From Alphaproteobacteria bacterium (GTDB lineage: Bacteria; Pseudomonadota; Alphaproteobacteria; Bin95): a stretch of 64,000 bases of DNA. A program made the position numbers and the translations under genes. This document shows positions 54,933 through 64,000 of the stretch, piece after piece (positions within the stretch are counted from its first letter, which is position 1; the number at the start of each line of letters is the position of its first letter). The stretch spans positions 38,748 through 102,747 of the forward strand of contig JAYNYG010000006.1 of NCBI GenBank assembly GCA_038102935.1, given 5' to 3'. The notes below the pieces were generated by a model. The model made no database searches. It worked only from the letters and a program-made list of their open reading frames with translations, and had not been told where the DNA came from.

Positions 54933-57900
54933 CTATTCGGCCGCCTGCGCCAAGCTCGCCGCCTTCGGATCAGCGAACGCTGCCAGCAAACGTTTTTCTT
55001 CAGCCTTCGCTTTCTCGATGTGCTCAAGCTTCACGTGACCATAGCCGCGAATGTGTTCGGGCACGCTGAGGAGGGCGATGGCAAAAGCGTGATTCTCTGG
55101 CGTTAGCTGGCTGACCACCTGATCTATCGTCTCCCGGTATTCGCCGATCAGCGCGCGCTCCTGTTTCCGCTCGTCCGTGCGGCCAAACACGTCGAAGAAA
55201 GTGCCGCGCAGGAACTTCAACTTGGCGAGGCGGTGGAACCATTTTTCCATGCCGGGGCCGTATTCTTTCTTGATCGGCTCGCCGGTGACAGGGTCGGTCT
55301 TGGTCGTGGTTGGCGGCGCCAGATTGAACCTGAGTTCAAAATCGCCTTCGAATTGCGCCTCGAGCCGCTGACGGAATTCCGGCTCGGCATAGAGACGCGC
55401 TACCTCATACTCGTCTTTGAATGCCATAAGCTTGTAGGCGTATTTGGCCGCAGCCATCGCCAGGCCAGTCTTGCCTGGTGTTTTGGCGGCCTCAGCCTCC
55501 CGCACTTTCGCGACGAGCGCTTCGTAGCGTTTGGCGTAGCGGCGGTTTTGGTACTTCGTCAATTCTTTAACGCGATGAGCGATGGTTTCGTCCAAATCCA
55601 TCGGCTTGGCGCGCTCGACTTTGGGACCAGCCGCAGCCTCGACCTTCGCCAGATCATAGGCAGCCGTCCGGCCCCACTGGAATGCGCGTTTGTTCATCTC
55701 CAGCGCCACACCATTTAGTTCAATCGCGCGCAGGATCGCTTCTGATGTGAGCGGGATCAGGCCCTTTTGCCAGGCGAATCCCATCATGAAGAGGTTGGTC
55801 GCGATGCTATCGCCCATCAGTTTAGTGGCGATATCCGTGCCATCAATGAAATGTGTGCCGTCTGGACCGGTAGCGCCTTCAATCCGCTGCATCAACTCAT
55901 CTGTCGGGAACTGGAAATCCGGGTCACGGGTGAAATCGCCGGTGAATTGGCGATAGGTGTTGATGACCGCCTTGCTGACGCCATGCTGCAGCTTGGCGAT
56001 GCTATCCGGCTGTGCAGATGTCACCATATCGCAGCCAAGCAACAGATTGGCGCCGCCCATGGCGATGCGTGTTGCGTGGAGTTCTTCCGGCGAATTAGCG
56101 ATCCGGAGGTGAGACCATACAGCCCCGCCCTTCTGCGCAAGTCCTGCCATATCCATAACCGTGGCGGCCTTGTGTTCAAGATGCGCCGCCATGGACAGCA
56201 CAGCGTTCACTGTAACAACGCCTGTACCGCCAATGCCCGTCAGGAGAATGCCGTAAGGCTTATCCAGGTTCGGCAAATCAGGCGCCGGCAGAACGCTTTG
56301 TGGGTCATCAGCCACAGGGGCTGCTTTACGCGGTTCGCCGTTTAGCACCGTCACGAAGGACGGGCAAAAGCCTTCCATGCAGGAATAGTCTTTATTGCAG
56401 GCGGATTGATCGATCCGGCGCTTGCGGCCAAATTCTGTTTCGACGGGCGCGACTGATACGCAGTTGGATTTAACGCCGCAATCTCCGCAGCCTTCACACA
56501 CGCGCTCATTGATGAAAGCGCGTTTAGCGGGGTTCGGGAACGTGCCGCGCTTGCGGCGACGGCGTTTCTCTGCCGCACATGTCTGGTCATAGATCATGAC
56601 CGTCAGGCCCGGCGTTTCACGAAGTTCCTTCTGTACCGCCATAAGCGCACGGCGATGGTGGATCGTCGTGCCGGCGGGGAAGCGCGTGGCTTCCGTATAT
56701 TTATCCGGCTCGTCCGTTACGACGACAATGCGCTTGGCGCCCTCGGCGTGAACCTGGCGCGCGACCTCATCGACTGTCATGCCGCCGTCATGCGGCTGGC
56801 CGCCTGTCATAGCGACGGCGTCGTTGTAGAGGATCTTGTAGGTGATGTTCACGCCGGAGGATGCGGCTTGGCGGATCGCCAAGATACCGGAATGGTTATA
56901 TGTGCCGTCGCCGATGTTCTGGAAAATATGGTTGGTTTCCACAAATGGCGCCTGGCCGACCCAGTTGACGCCCTCAGCGCCCATATGTGTGAAGCCGGAG
57001 GTTTCGCGGTCCATCCACATCGCCATGTAATGGCAGCCGATTCCAGCGCCAGCGCGGCTGCCTTCTGGCACTTTGGTGGAGGTATTATGCGGGCAGCCGG
57101 AGCAGAAATATGGCGTGCGCGACATGCTTGGCGGCTGGTTGCCAGAGGCATGCACAGCCATCCGGTCATAGCGAGATAGGGCGTCCTCGATGCGTTGTTT
57201 GCCGTCCTCATCTACGCCAGAGATTTTGAGGCGTTCCGCCAACGCGTTGGCGATCATGGCAGGCGTTAGCTCGGCATAAGGCTGGAACAGCGTTTGGCCG
57301 TTCTCGTCCTGCTTGCCGATGATGCGTGGGCGCTTGTCGGCATCAATGCCGTACATGGCTTCTTTCAGCTGCGCTTCAATCAAACTGCGCTTTTCTTCAA
57401 CGACCATAACCAGATCAAGGCCTTCACAGAAGGCGCGCGCGCCGTCTGTCTCAAGCGGCCAAGGCATCGCTACTTTGTAGAGCGATATACCGAGGCGCCC
57501 GGCCTCTTTTTCATCCAGCCCTAGCTCATCAAGCGCTTGGCGGACATCCAGATAGGCTTTGCCGGTTGTGACAATCCCAATACGGCGCTCCGGCCCGCTG
57601 AAGATCACACGATCCAGGCGGTTGGCTTTCGCATAGGCCAGAACTGCAGGCAGCTTATAGCGATGCAGCATCTCCTCCAGCATCAACATTTCAATTATGA
57701 TCTGGCGGTTATTCAATCCTTCAGGCGGCATATCGACTTCAGGCAGAATTGGCTGAACGCGTTCCGGAGAAAAATCAACAACCGCAGAAGAATCAACAGT
57801 TTCACCGATAGCCTTAAAGCCAACCCACATGCCGGAGAAGCGGGACATGGCGAAGCCGTGGAGGCCAAAGTCCAGGAATTCTTGGACGCCAGCAGGCGAA

Positions 57901-58412
57901 ATGACCGGCATCATGGCGTCGACGAAGGCGAATTCGCTTTGGTGGGCGACCGTGGAGGATTTCGCCATGTGATCGTCACCGGCGAGCGCGATAACCCCGC
58001 CGTGTTTCGCGGAACCAGCCTGATTGGCATGCTTAAAAACATCACCCGAGCGATCAACGCCTGGGCCCTTGCCGTACCAGATACCGAAGACGCCGTCATA
58101 CTTGGCATCGCCGGAATGTTCGATCTGTTGCGAGCCCCAAATCGCCGTCGCCGCCAAGTCTTCATTCAAGCCAGGGCGGAACGTAATGTGGTGTTCTTCC
58201 AAGTGCTTGCGCGCTTGCCAGAGCTGCTGGTCATAGGCGCCAAGTGGAGAGCCGCGATATCCGGAAATGTACCCAGCAGTGTTCAGTCCTGCAGCGATAT
58301 CCCGTTGGCGCTGCATGAGCGGAATGCGCACCAATGCCTGCGTACCGGTAATGAACGCACGACCGCGCTCTAGCGTGTATTTGTCGTCTAGCGAAACGTC
58401 ACGCAATTGCAT
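54933..58412 (-). CDS. Indolepyruvate:ferredoxin oxidoreductase family protein (fused alpha-beta)
   Basis: 1159 aa; SGYRGSPLG, GLNEDLAAT, WYGKGPGVDR, FCSGCPHN, GIGCH, GDGTY.HSG, CEGCGDC, GIGGTGV, YKDEYEVARL. Confidence 0.94.
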   Translation of the reverse strand: MQLRDVSLDDKYTLERGRAFITGTQALVRIPLMQRQRDIAAGLNTAGYISGYRGSPLGAYDQQLWQARKHLEEHHITFRPGLNEDLAATAIWGSQQIEHSGDAKYDGVFGIWYGKGPGVDRSGDVFKHANQAGSAKHGGVIALAGDDHMAKSSTVAHQSEFAFVDAMMPVISPAGVQEFLDFGLHGFAMSRFSGMWVGFKAIGETVDSSAVVDFSPERVQPILPEVDMPPEGLNNRQIIIEMLMLEEMLHRYKLPAVLAYAKANRLDRVIFSGPERRIGIVTTGKAYLDVRQALDELGLDEKEAGRLGISLYKVAMPWPLETDGARAFCEGLDLVMVVEEKRSLIEAQLKEAMYGIDADKRPRIIGKQDENGQTLFQPYAELTPAMIANALAERLKISGVDEDGKQRIEDALSRYDRMAVHASGNQPPSMSRTPYFCSGCPHNTSTKVPEGSRAGAGIGCHYMAMWMDRETSGFTHMGAEGVNWVGQAPFVETNHIFQNIGDGTYNHSGILAIRQAASSGVNITYKILYNDAVAMTGGQPHDGGMTVDEVARQVHAEGAKRIVVVTDEPDKYTEATRFPAGTTIHHRRALMAVQKELRETPGLTVMIYDQTCAAEKRRRRKRGTFPNPAKRAFINERVCEGCGDCGVKSNCVSVAPVETEFGRKRRIDQSACNKDYSCMEGFCPSFVTVLNGEPRKAAPVADDPQSVLPAPDLPNLDKPYGILLTGIGGTGVVTVNAVLSMAAHLEHKAATVMDMAGLAQKGGAVWSHLRIANSPEELHATRIAMGGANLLLGCDMVTSAQPDSIAKLQHGVSKAVINTYRQFTGDFTRDPDFQFPTDELMQRIEGATGPDGTHFIDGTDIATKLMGDSIATNLFMMGFAWQKGLIPLTSEAILRAIELNGVALEMNKRAFQWGRTAAYDLAKVEAAAGPKVERAKPMDLDETIAHRVKELTKYQNRRYAKRYEALVAKVREAEAAKTPGKTGLAMAAAKYAYKLMAFKDEYEVARLYAEPEFRQRLEAQFEGDFELRFNLAPPTTTKTDPVTGEPIKKEYGPGMEKWFHRLAKLKFLRGTFFDVFGRTDERKQERALIGEYRETIDQVVSQLTPENHAFAIALLSVPEHIRGYGHVKLEHIEKAKAEEKRLLAAFADPKAASLAQAAE

Positions 58413-58489
58413 TGGATTGCTCCAGCGAGGGAAAGAATCTGTCGCTAGAGACTATAGCGGAAATGCGGCGATCTTGTAGGGGCCGCTGG

Positions 58490-59017
58490 TTACTTCCCTT
58501 GGAGAAGACCCAAACGCTTGGCGACCCGATGTGGATCACTGATCCGCTCAAGCCCTGCACGGTCACGGGCGCACATGATGACGGCGGCTTTTGCGTCCAA
58601 GCCGTCCGCCCCGCTATTACCGGTGAAATCCAGCCCGCCAAGCGCAAATGCGCAGAGATCGCCGAGGCCATCGACCTTGGCGACAAAGCCGCTCGCTAGG
58701 TTGCCGGTTTGCGGCAACGGCACCGGTCGGGTATGCGCTGAAGGGTCGCCGTCGTCATCCGTAAACGTCCGGCCAAGCTCTTTGGAGAACGCAACGGGAG
58801 ACAGGGTCGGCTTTGCCGCGCTCTCGTTCAGGCGGCCACGCTTGGCGCGCGTCAGCACGATGATGCTGTTTTTATTGGAAAGCTTTGGCAAGCTTGCTGG
58901 CGCTGCCTCCGTCGGATCACTGCCGATCCGGGCATTGGCGCCGCCTACAGCCGCTGCTGCAACGCCTGCTGCGATTACGACAGCGATCGCCGCCTTCGAA
59001 ACCATCCCCGCCATCAC
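58490..59017 (-). CDS. Hypothetical secreted protein (paralog of the upstream gene)
   Basis: 175 aa; signal-peptide-like N-terminus (KAAIAVVIAAGVAAAAVGGANA); C-terminal SGFVAKV..CAFALGG..VIMC; ATGA overlap. Confidence 0.65.
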   Translation of the reverse strand: MMAGMVSKAAIAVVIAAGVAAAAVGGANARIGSDPTEAAPASLPKLSNKNSIIVLTRAKRGRLNESAAKPTLSPVAFSKELGRTFTDDDGDPSAHTRPVPLPQTGNLASGFVAKVDGLGDLCAFALGGLDFTGNSGADGLDAKAAVIMCARDRAGLERISDPHRVAKRLGLLQGK

Positions 59018-59601
59018 TGCGACGCCTCGGCGCCATTTAGGAGCGCACTCACCCGAATTTCCGGGGGCGTTAAAGTACTGACAGGGTCACACAGGATAAG
59101 CCGGGCCATTGCGACGATGGCATCGGAGTCAGCCGTTTCCATGTAGCCCGCGATTGCGAAATCACAGGATTTCCCGCCTGCTTCAACGCGCGCAACGAAG
59201 CCCGTTGCACGGCGACCTTCCGGCTGAAGCGCCATGGGGGCTGCATAAGCGATGATGCTCTCGTCGCCCATGTGGAAGCGACGGCGGACTTCACGTTCGA
59301 AGGCTGAAACATCACGTGCTGCAATGGTGCGGGTGGCTTTCAGCGGCGCCTTTGGGTCACGCAATACGCCGACGGCGCCTTTGCGGTCCGCCAATTTTGC
59401 GGCTTCCTCAACCAGGCCATCACGGCGGCGTTGAATGGTGAGCTCCTGGATTGGCAGAGACATCTGCTCAATCCACATGACATCCTGCATTGGCGCAAGT
59501 GTAGGAGCCAGCTCGGCGCTATTTGCGATACGCGCGGAATAGGCTGCGACAACCGCCAGAGAGGCGACCGCAGCCATAGCGATAACGTTGTAGCGATGCA
59601 T
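59014..59601 (-). CDS. Hypothetical secreted protein
   Basis: 195 aa; signal-peptide-like N-terminus; C-terminal TGFVARV..CDFAIAG..LILC; RBS AGGAGG. Confidence 0.65.
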   Translation of the reverse strand: MHRYNVIAMAAVASLAVVAAYSARIANSAELAPTLAPMQDVMWIEQMSLPIQELTIQRRRDGLVEEAAKLADRKGAVGVLRDPKAPLKATRTIAARDVSAFEREVRRRFHMGDESIIAYAAPMALQPEGRRATGFVARVEAGGKSCDFAIAGYMETADSDAIVAMARLILCDPVSTLTPPEIRVSALLNGAEASQ

Positions 59602-59629
59602 CTTGCGTAAGGCCTCCTGCCTGATTTGC

Positions 59630-59645
59630 TTAACATCGGATTAAC
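59630..59645. promoter_or_regulatory. CtrA-binding site
   Basis: TTAA-CATCGGA-TTAAC, an exact TTAA-N7-TTAAC consensus, 29 bp upstream of the 59601 start. Confidence 0.65.
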
Positions 59646-59807
59646 GCCATGCTCTGCTTTTTATGGCCTCTCTGCAATGGATAATCAGCGTTGCGCCATG
59701 GGGATTAATCCCTTCGCGCGACGTTAATCATGTTGCATGCGGTTGACCCGTCAGCGGCGCAGAACTACCAACCGCAGGTTCATTCCCATTTGGAGCCTTG
59801 AGCCGCC

Positions 59808-61391
59808 ATGACGAACCCTGCCGCTGAAGCTGCCCGCGCCTGGCCGTTTGAAGAAGCGCGCAAGTTGGTCAAACGGTTAGAGAAGCGCAAAAACCCAAAA
59901 GGTTACGCCCTGTTTGAAACAGGCTACGGGCCTTCCGGCTTGCCGCATATTGGCACCTTCGGCGAGGTCGCGCGGACATCTATGGTGCGGCGCGCATTCC
60001 AAGAACTCTCCGATATCCCATCTAAGCTCATCGCATTTTCGGACGATATGGACGGCCTGCGCCGGGTTCCGGATAATGTTCCGAACAAAGAGATGCTGGA
60101 GCAGCATCTCAACAAGCCGCTGACAGAAGTGCCTGACCCGTTCGGCACCCATTCCAGCTTTGGCGCGCATAACAACGCCCGGCTTCAGGCATTCCTAGAC
60201 ACGTTCGGCTTCGACTACGAGTTCAAGTCCTCGACGGAGGCTTATCGGTCGGGCGAGTTTGATGAAGCGCTGATGGCGATGTTGCATCGCTTTGACGCCG
60301 TTATGAAAGTTATCTTGCCGACGCTCGGCCCGGACCGGCGCGCCACATACTGCCCATTCCTGCCTGTTTCCGAGACGACAGGCGAAGTGCTTCAGGTTCC
60401 TGCTGAAGAGATCCGCGTTGAGCAGGGCACGATGGTTTACCGCGACCCGGCGACGGATAAGCTCGTGGAGACGCCCGTCACTGGCGGTCATTGCAAGCTG
60501 CAATGGAAGGCCGATTGGGCGATGCGATGGCGGGCGCTAGATGTCGATTATGAGATGTCTGGCAAGGACTTGATCGACAGCGTTAAGCTCTCTTCCCGCA
60601 TCTGCCGCATCCTGGATGGCGAGCCGCCTGAAGGCTTCACCTATGAGCTTTTCCTCGATAACGAGGGCGGCAAGATTTCAAAATCAAAAGGCAATGGGCT
60701 TTCCGTTGAGGAATGGCTGGAATACGCGCCGCCAGAAAGCCTCTCGCTGTTCATGTTCCAGAAGCCGAAGGCGGCAAAGCGTCTCTATTTCGATGTGATT
60801 CCACGTGCTGTTGATGAATACCGCCAGCACCTCGCCAAAGTGGCTGAGACGGAAGCGGAAAAGCTGCTGGAAAACCCTACTTGGCATATCCATGCAGGCG
60901 CACCGCCAAAGCCGGAGGGCGATTTCTCCTATTCACTGCTGTTGAACCTGGCTGCTGTCTGCAATGCCGAAGAGAAGGCGACGCTCTGGGGCTTCATCGC
61001 CCGGTATGAGCCGGAATTGACGCCCGAAACGGCGCCAATGCTCGACAATCTGGTCGGTTACGCACTCGCGTATTATAGGGATTTTGTGAAACCGGAGAAA
61101 ACTTACCGTGCGCCCGCGGACGCCGAGCGTGCGGCCATGCAGGACATGCGGGATCGTCTTGCAGGCGCCGAGGAACGGGACGCCAGCGCGCTACAGAATA
61201 TTGTTTATGAGGTTGGCAAGGCGCATGGCTTCGAAAATCTGCGTTCCTGGTTTCAGGCATTGTATGAAGTGCTGCTTGGCCAATCGTCCGGGCCACGTAT
61301 GGGGTCGTTCATAGCGCTTTACGGCGTTAAGGAGACGATTGCGCTAATGGATCAGGCATTGAGCGCTGAGGGCTTAGCCGGCGCTGCGTGA
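59808..61391 (+). CDS. lysS: Lysine--tRNA ligase, class I
   Basis: 527 aa; [17 protein letters not shown] (HIGH), [16 protein letters not shown] (KMSKS), GPRMGSF. Confidence 0.97.
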   Translation: MTNPAAEAARAWPFEEARKLVKRLEKRKNPKGYALFETGYGPSGLPHIGTFGEVARTSMVRRAFQELSDIPSKLIAFSDDMDGLRRVPDNVPNKEMLEQHLNKPLTEVPDPFGTHSSFGAHNNARLQAFLDTFGFDYEFKSSTEAYRSGEFDEALMAMLHRFDAVMKVILPTLGPDRRATYCPFLPVSETTGEVLQVPAEEIRVEQGTMVYRDPATDKLVETPVTGGHCKLQWKADWAMRWRALDVDYEMSGKDLIDSVKLSSRICRILDGEPPEGFTYELFLDNEGGKISKSKGNGLSVEEWLEYAPPESLSLFMFQKPKAAKRLYFDVIPRAVDEYRQHLAKVAETEAEKLLENPTWHIHAGAPPKPEGDFSYSLLLNLAAVCNAEEKATLWGFIARYEPELTPETAPMLDNLVGYALAYYRDFVKPEKTYRAPADAERAAMQDMRDRLAGAEERDASALQNIVYEVGKAHGFENLRSWFQALYEVLLGQSSGPRMGSFIALYGVKETIALMDQALSAEGLAGAA

Positions 61392-61450
61392 CAAGCGGCG
61401 CCAGATCGGCATTATTGCTGCATCAGCGCATGATTTGAGGGAGAATAGCG

Positions 61451-62350
61451 ATGCCCGTCACCCTGACGCCCGCACAGGTCGAAGAGTATCACGAGAAAGG
61501 CTACATTGTAGTCGAGGGCGTGCTTTCGCCCGAGAAACTGGCGACGTTGCGCGAGGAAACGGACAAAATCATCGCGGCTGCATCCTCAGTCACTGAAAAT
61601 GATGCGCTCTATGATCTCGAAGACAGCCATACCGCATCGAACCCGCGCGTGCGCCGGATCAAAGAACCTTACCATCATGTCCCGTATTTCTGGAACCTGA
61701 CTGTAGATACCGACGTTACGAACATCGTGGCGCAGCTTCTCGGCCCCAATCTTCGGGTCTATGGCGGCAAGATGAATATGAAGGCGGCAGGCTATGGCGC
61801 GCCGGTGGAATGGCACCAGGATTGGGCATTCTATCCCCACACCAACGATGATGTGCTCGCAACCGGTATGCTGCTGGATGACTGCGACGAAGCGAACGGT
61901 CCGTTGATGGTCGTGCCTGGGAGCCATAAGGGGCCAGTCCATGACCATCACCACGATGGCGCATTCTGCGGCGCATTTGATCCAGAAGCGGAGAAGGTCG
62001 ATCTCTCAAGCGCCGAAAAACTGATGGGGCCTGCGGGGTCCATGACGATCCATCATGTGCGCGCTGTCCATGGCTCTGCGATGAATACGTCCAACCGCCA
62101 GCGGCGCCTTTTGCTGACTGAATACGCGGCGGCGGACGCTTGGCCGCTAGCCAATATGAAGGGCGATTTCGACGCTTTTGAATCCCGAATGGTGCGCGGC
62201 GTCAGCACCAGCCAGCCGCGCATGGCGCCGGTGCCGGTGCGGATGCCATTCCCAGCGGCAAAGAAACAGGGCTCGATCTACGAAAATCAGAAGGGCACAG
62301 GCCGCCGCTACTTCGATACGTTCGAAAGCAAGACAGAGGCGGCTGAATGA
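61451..62350 (+). CDS. Phytanoyl-CoA dioxygenase (PhyH) family protein
   Basis: 299 aa; YHEKGYIVVEGVL, WHQD, NGPLMVVPGSH, HHVRAVHGS. Confidence 0.9.
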   Translation: MPVTLTPAQVEEYHEKGYIVVEGVLSPEKLATLREETDKIIAAASSVTENDALYDLEDSHTASNPRVRRIKEPYHHVPYFWNLTVDTDVTNIVAQLLGPNLRVYGGKMNMKAAGYGAPVEWHQDWAFYPHTNDDVLATGMLLDDCDEANGPLMVVPGSHKGPVHDHHHDGAFCGAFDPEAEKVDLSSAEKLMGPAGSMTIHHVRAVHGSAMNTSNRQRRLLLTEYAAADAWPLANMKGDFDAFESRMVRGVSTSQPRMAPVPVRMPFPAAKKQGSIYENQKGTGRRYFDTFESKTEAAE

Positions 62351-62832
62351 GCATCACATACGGCTCTGTCCCACTGGATGAAGCCATGGCCATGTCTGGC
62401 CTGGATTTTCTCTCTGCGATCCGGGATGGCCGCTTGCCGCATCCGCCAATTGCAGAGCATTCCGGTATGCGCTTGGTCACAGTCGAGCCAGGACTTGTGG
62501 TTTGGGAAGCCGAGGCGAAGCCGGACTACGCCAATCCACTTGGCGGCATTCATGGCGGATGGATCGCGACGTTGCTGGATAGCTGTATGGGCTGCGCTGG
62601 CCACACGACATTGCCTGCCGGCGTGCCCTACACCACCGTCGATCTCAAAGTAAACTACGTCCGCGCTGTCACCCCAAAAGTCGGAACTATCCGGGCGGAA
62701 GGCAAAGTGCTGCATGCCGGGCGGAAATTGCTATCAACTGAAGGCAAGTTGGTGGACCAGAACGGCAAGCTTTATGCACACGGCGTTTCTGCCTGCATAA
62801 CGTTGGATGCGCCTGCTCAAACAATGCGGTAG
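62347..62832 (+). CDS. PaaI family thioesterase
   Basis: 161 aa; NPLGGIHGG..TLLDSCMGCA, TVDLKVNYVR; ATGA overlap with the phyH-like gene. Confidence 0.92.
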   Translation: MSITYGSVPLDEAMAMSGLDFLSAIRDGRLPHPPIAEHSGMRLVTVEPGLVVWEAEAKPDYANPLGGIHGGWIATLLDSCMGCAGHTTLPAGVPYTTVDLKVNYVRAVTPKVGTIRAEGKVLHAGRKLLSTEGKLVDQNGKLYAHGVSACITLDAPAQTMR

Positions 62833-62833
62833 C

Positions 62834-64000
62834 CTACTTTAATACCACCTTGTCGACGGCTGATCGTTCAATTTCCGCCCAGTCATATTCCATGCCGAGC
62901 CCTGGGCCTTCTGGCACGGCAACGTCGCCGTTGCTGTCAACGCAATCGAGCTGGTCGGAATATCCGCCTTCATAGATGGGCAGCGACCATGCATTCGGGC
63001 ATTTCGGATGAACGAGGTTGACCTCGTAATAGTTCGCGTTCCGGCAGGCCGCCATTAGGTGCCGCATGGCAGGGCCGCAGGAATGGACTTCGACATCCAT
63101 GCCGAGGCCTTCAGCGGCATAGGCAAGCTTATGGCAACCGGTGATGCCGCCGTCATAGTCCGGGTCGGCGCGGGCGAAATCTGTAGCGCCGGCGACCATC
63201 ATATCCGTCGCTGTTTCCAGATTCCGCACATGCTCGCTAATCATGATCGGCGTGCGGACGGATTTTTTCAGCATCTGGTGACCGTGGATTGAAAGACCGC
63301 CATCGGCATAGGGGTCCTCGTACCAATAGAGACCATTGTCGTCGCAAACGCGGCCAACTTCGATAGCATCGGTCAGTGTCGCGAGGTGACAGGAGGCGTC
63401 ATACATAATCCGCATCCGCCCGCCGACGCGCTTAGCGACAGCCTCAATCATGGCGGATTCTTCCGCCACATCGCCTTCATTCCAGCCGTGCATTTTAAAG
63501 CCGGTATAGCCCATTTCCAAGCATTGCTCGGCGAAGTCTGCATAGGCTTCAGGGCTGGAGAGGCCATCCGCGGTTCGGTCGCCGTGAATGGTGCTGGCAT
63601 AAGCGGGCAGAGTGGTGCGATGGCCGCCGAGGAGTTCATACACGGGCGCGCCATAATGCTTGCCGGCCAGGTCCCAAAGCGCGATATCCAGCCCGCCGAT
63701 GCCGACTTCACCGACATGCTTGGTCAACCGACGCAACGACGTATAATTTTTCTCCCGCTGCAACGCCGGTTTGCCGATCAGCATTTGGCCAAGTGCCGCA
63801 GATGCGGATTGGATCACCCGCGCGCGCCCACGCCCCGGCACATATTCGCCGACAACGCCCGTATCGCCATACACTCGTATCGCGAGCCGCGTCTGGATGC
63901 TGCTATGGCAGGGCGTGTAGGCGATGCCGAACCCAGATGGATCGGCGCTCATGTTCTCAACTTTGATGTCGAACAACGTAAGTTCAATGCGGTCTATCTT
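62834..64000 (-). CDS. Mandelate racemase/muconate lactonizing enzyme family protein (5' end beyond the window edge)
   Basis: DIALWDLAGK, FKMH, YDA, WYEDP, ISEH, EVH; the frame stays open to base 64000 (KIDRIELTLFDIK...), so the TTG at 63976 is probably not the start. Confidence 0.88.
   Translation of the reverse strand, partial: KIDRIELTLFDIKVENMSADPSGFGIAYTPCHSSIQTRLAIRVYGDTGVVGEYVPGRGRARVIQSASAALGQMLIGKPALQREKNYTSLRRLTKHVGEVGIGGLDIALWDLAGKHYGAPVYELLGGHRTTLPAYASTIHGDRTADGLSSPEAYADFAEQCLEMGYTGFKMHGWNEGDVAEESAMIEAVAKRVGGRMRIMYDASCHLATLTDAIEVGRVCDDNGLYWYEDPYADGGLSIHGHQMLKKSVRTPIMISEHVRNLETATDMMVAGATDFARADPDYDGGITGCHKLAYAAEGLGMDVEVHSCGPAMRHLMAACRNANYYEVNLVHPKCPNAWSLPIYEGGYSDQLDCVDSNGDVAVPEGPGLGMEYDWAEIERSAVDKVVLK

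Noticed and set aside
57537-58373. 278-aa plus-strand ORF
   Set aside because: Antisense shadow of the IOR gene
1-64000. tRNA, rRNA, IS elements, prophage or CRISPR arrays
   Set aside because: No T-loop GGTTCGA in non-coding context, no rRNA-like block, no transposase, integrase or phage motifs, and intergenic gaps are too short

Overview
Gene-dense, roughly 60% GC (estimated by eye) chromosomal segment of an alphaproteobacterium. The class assignment rests on a class I LysRS, a Cox15-type heme A synthase, an hsp20-DUF1150 pair, fused MaeB and a perfect CtrA box; a marine, Rhodospirillales-like host is an inference. It holds about 54 genes: a few housekeeping genes (uvrC, pyk, maeB, lysS, ctaA, alkA) among many catabolic enzymes of uncertain substrate. 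I found no rRNA, tRNA, CRISPR array, integrase or transposase. The best candidate for an undescribed system is a tightly coupled four-gene minus-strand operon at 38126-43254. It encodes a thiol-dioxygenase-like cupin, a TauD dioxygenase, a 5-TM protein with two His-x13-His motifs (ferric-reductase/MsrQ-like di-heme cytochrome b), and a 974-aa fusion of a 4x[4Fe-4S] DmsB/PsrB-like ferredoxin with a Cys-ligated, Tat-less bis-PGD molybdoenzyme. My hypothesis is a thiol -> sulfinate -> sulfonate -> sulfite pathway. Other highlights: (1) a frameshifted ~1390-aa RTX protein with two complete 7-blade FG-GAP propellers; (2) a close homolog of 3,6-anhydrogalactonate cycloisomerase; (3) a yefM-yoeB module with its operator over the -10 box; (4) an RpoH promoter plus ROSE-like thermometer before hsp20; (5) a 38-aa membrane peptide absent from the ORF track; (6) a pair of paralogous secreted unknowns behind a CtrA box. 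All family calls come from motif recognition by eye; no database searches were run.
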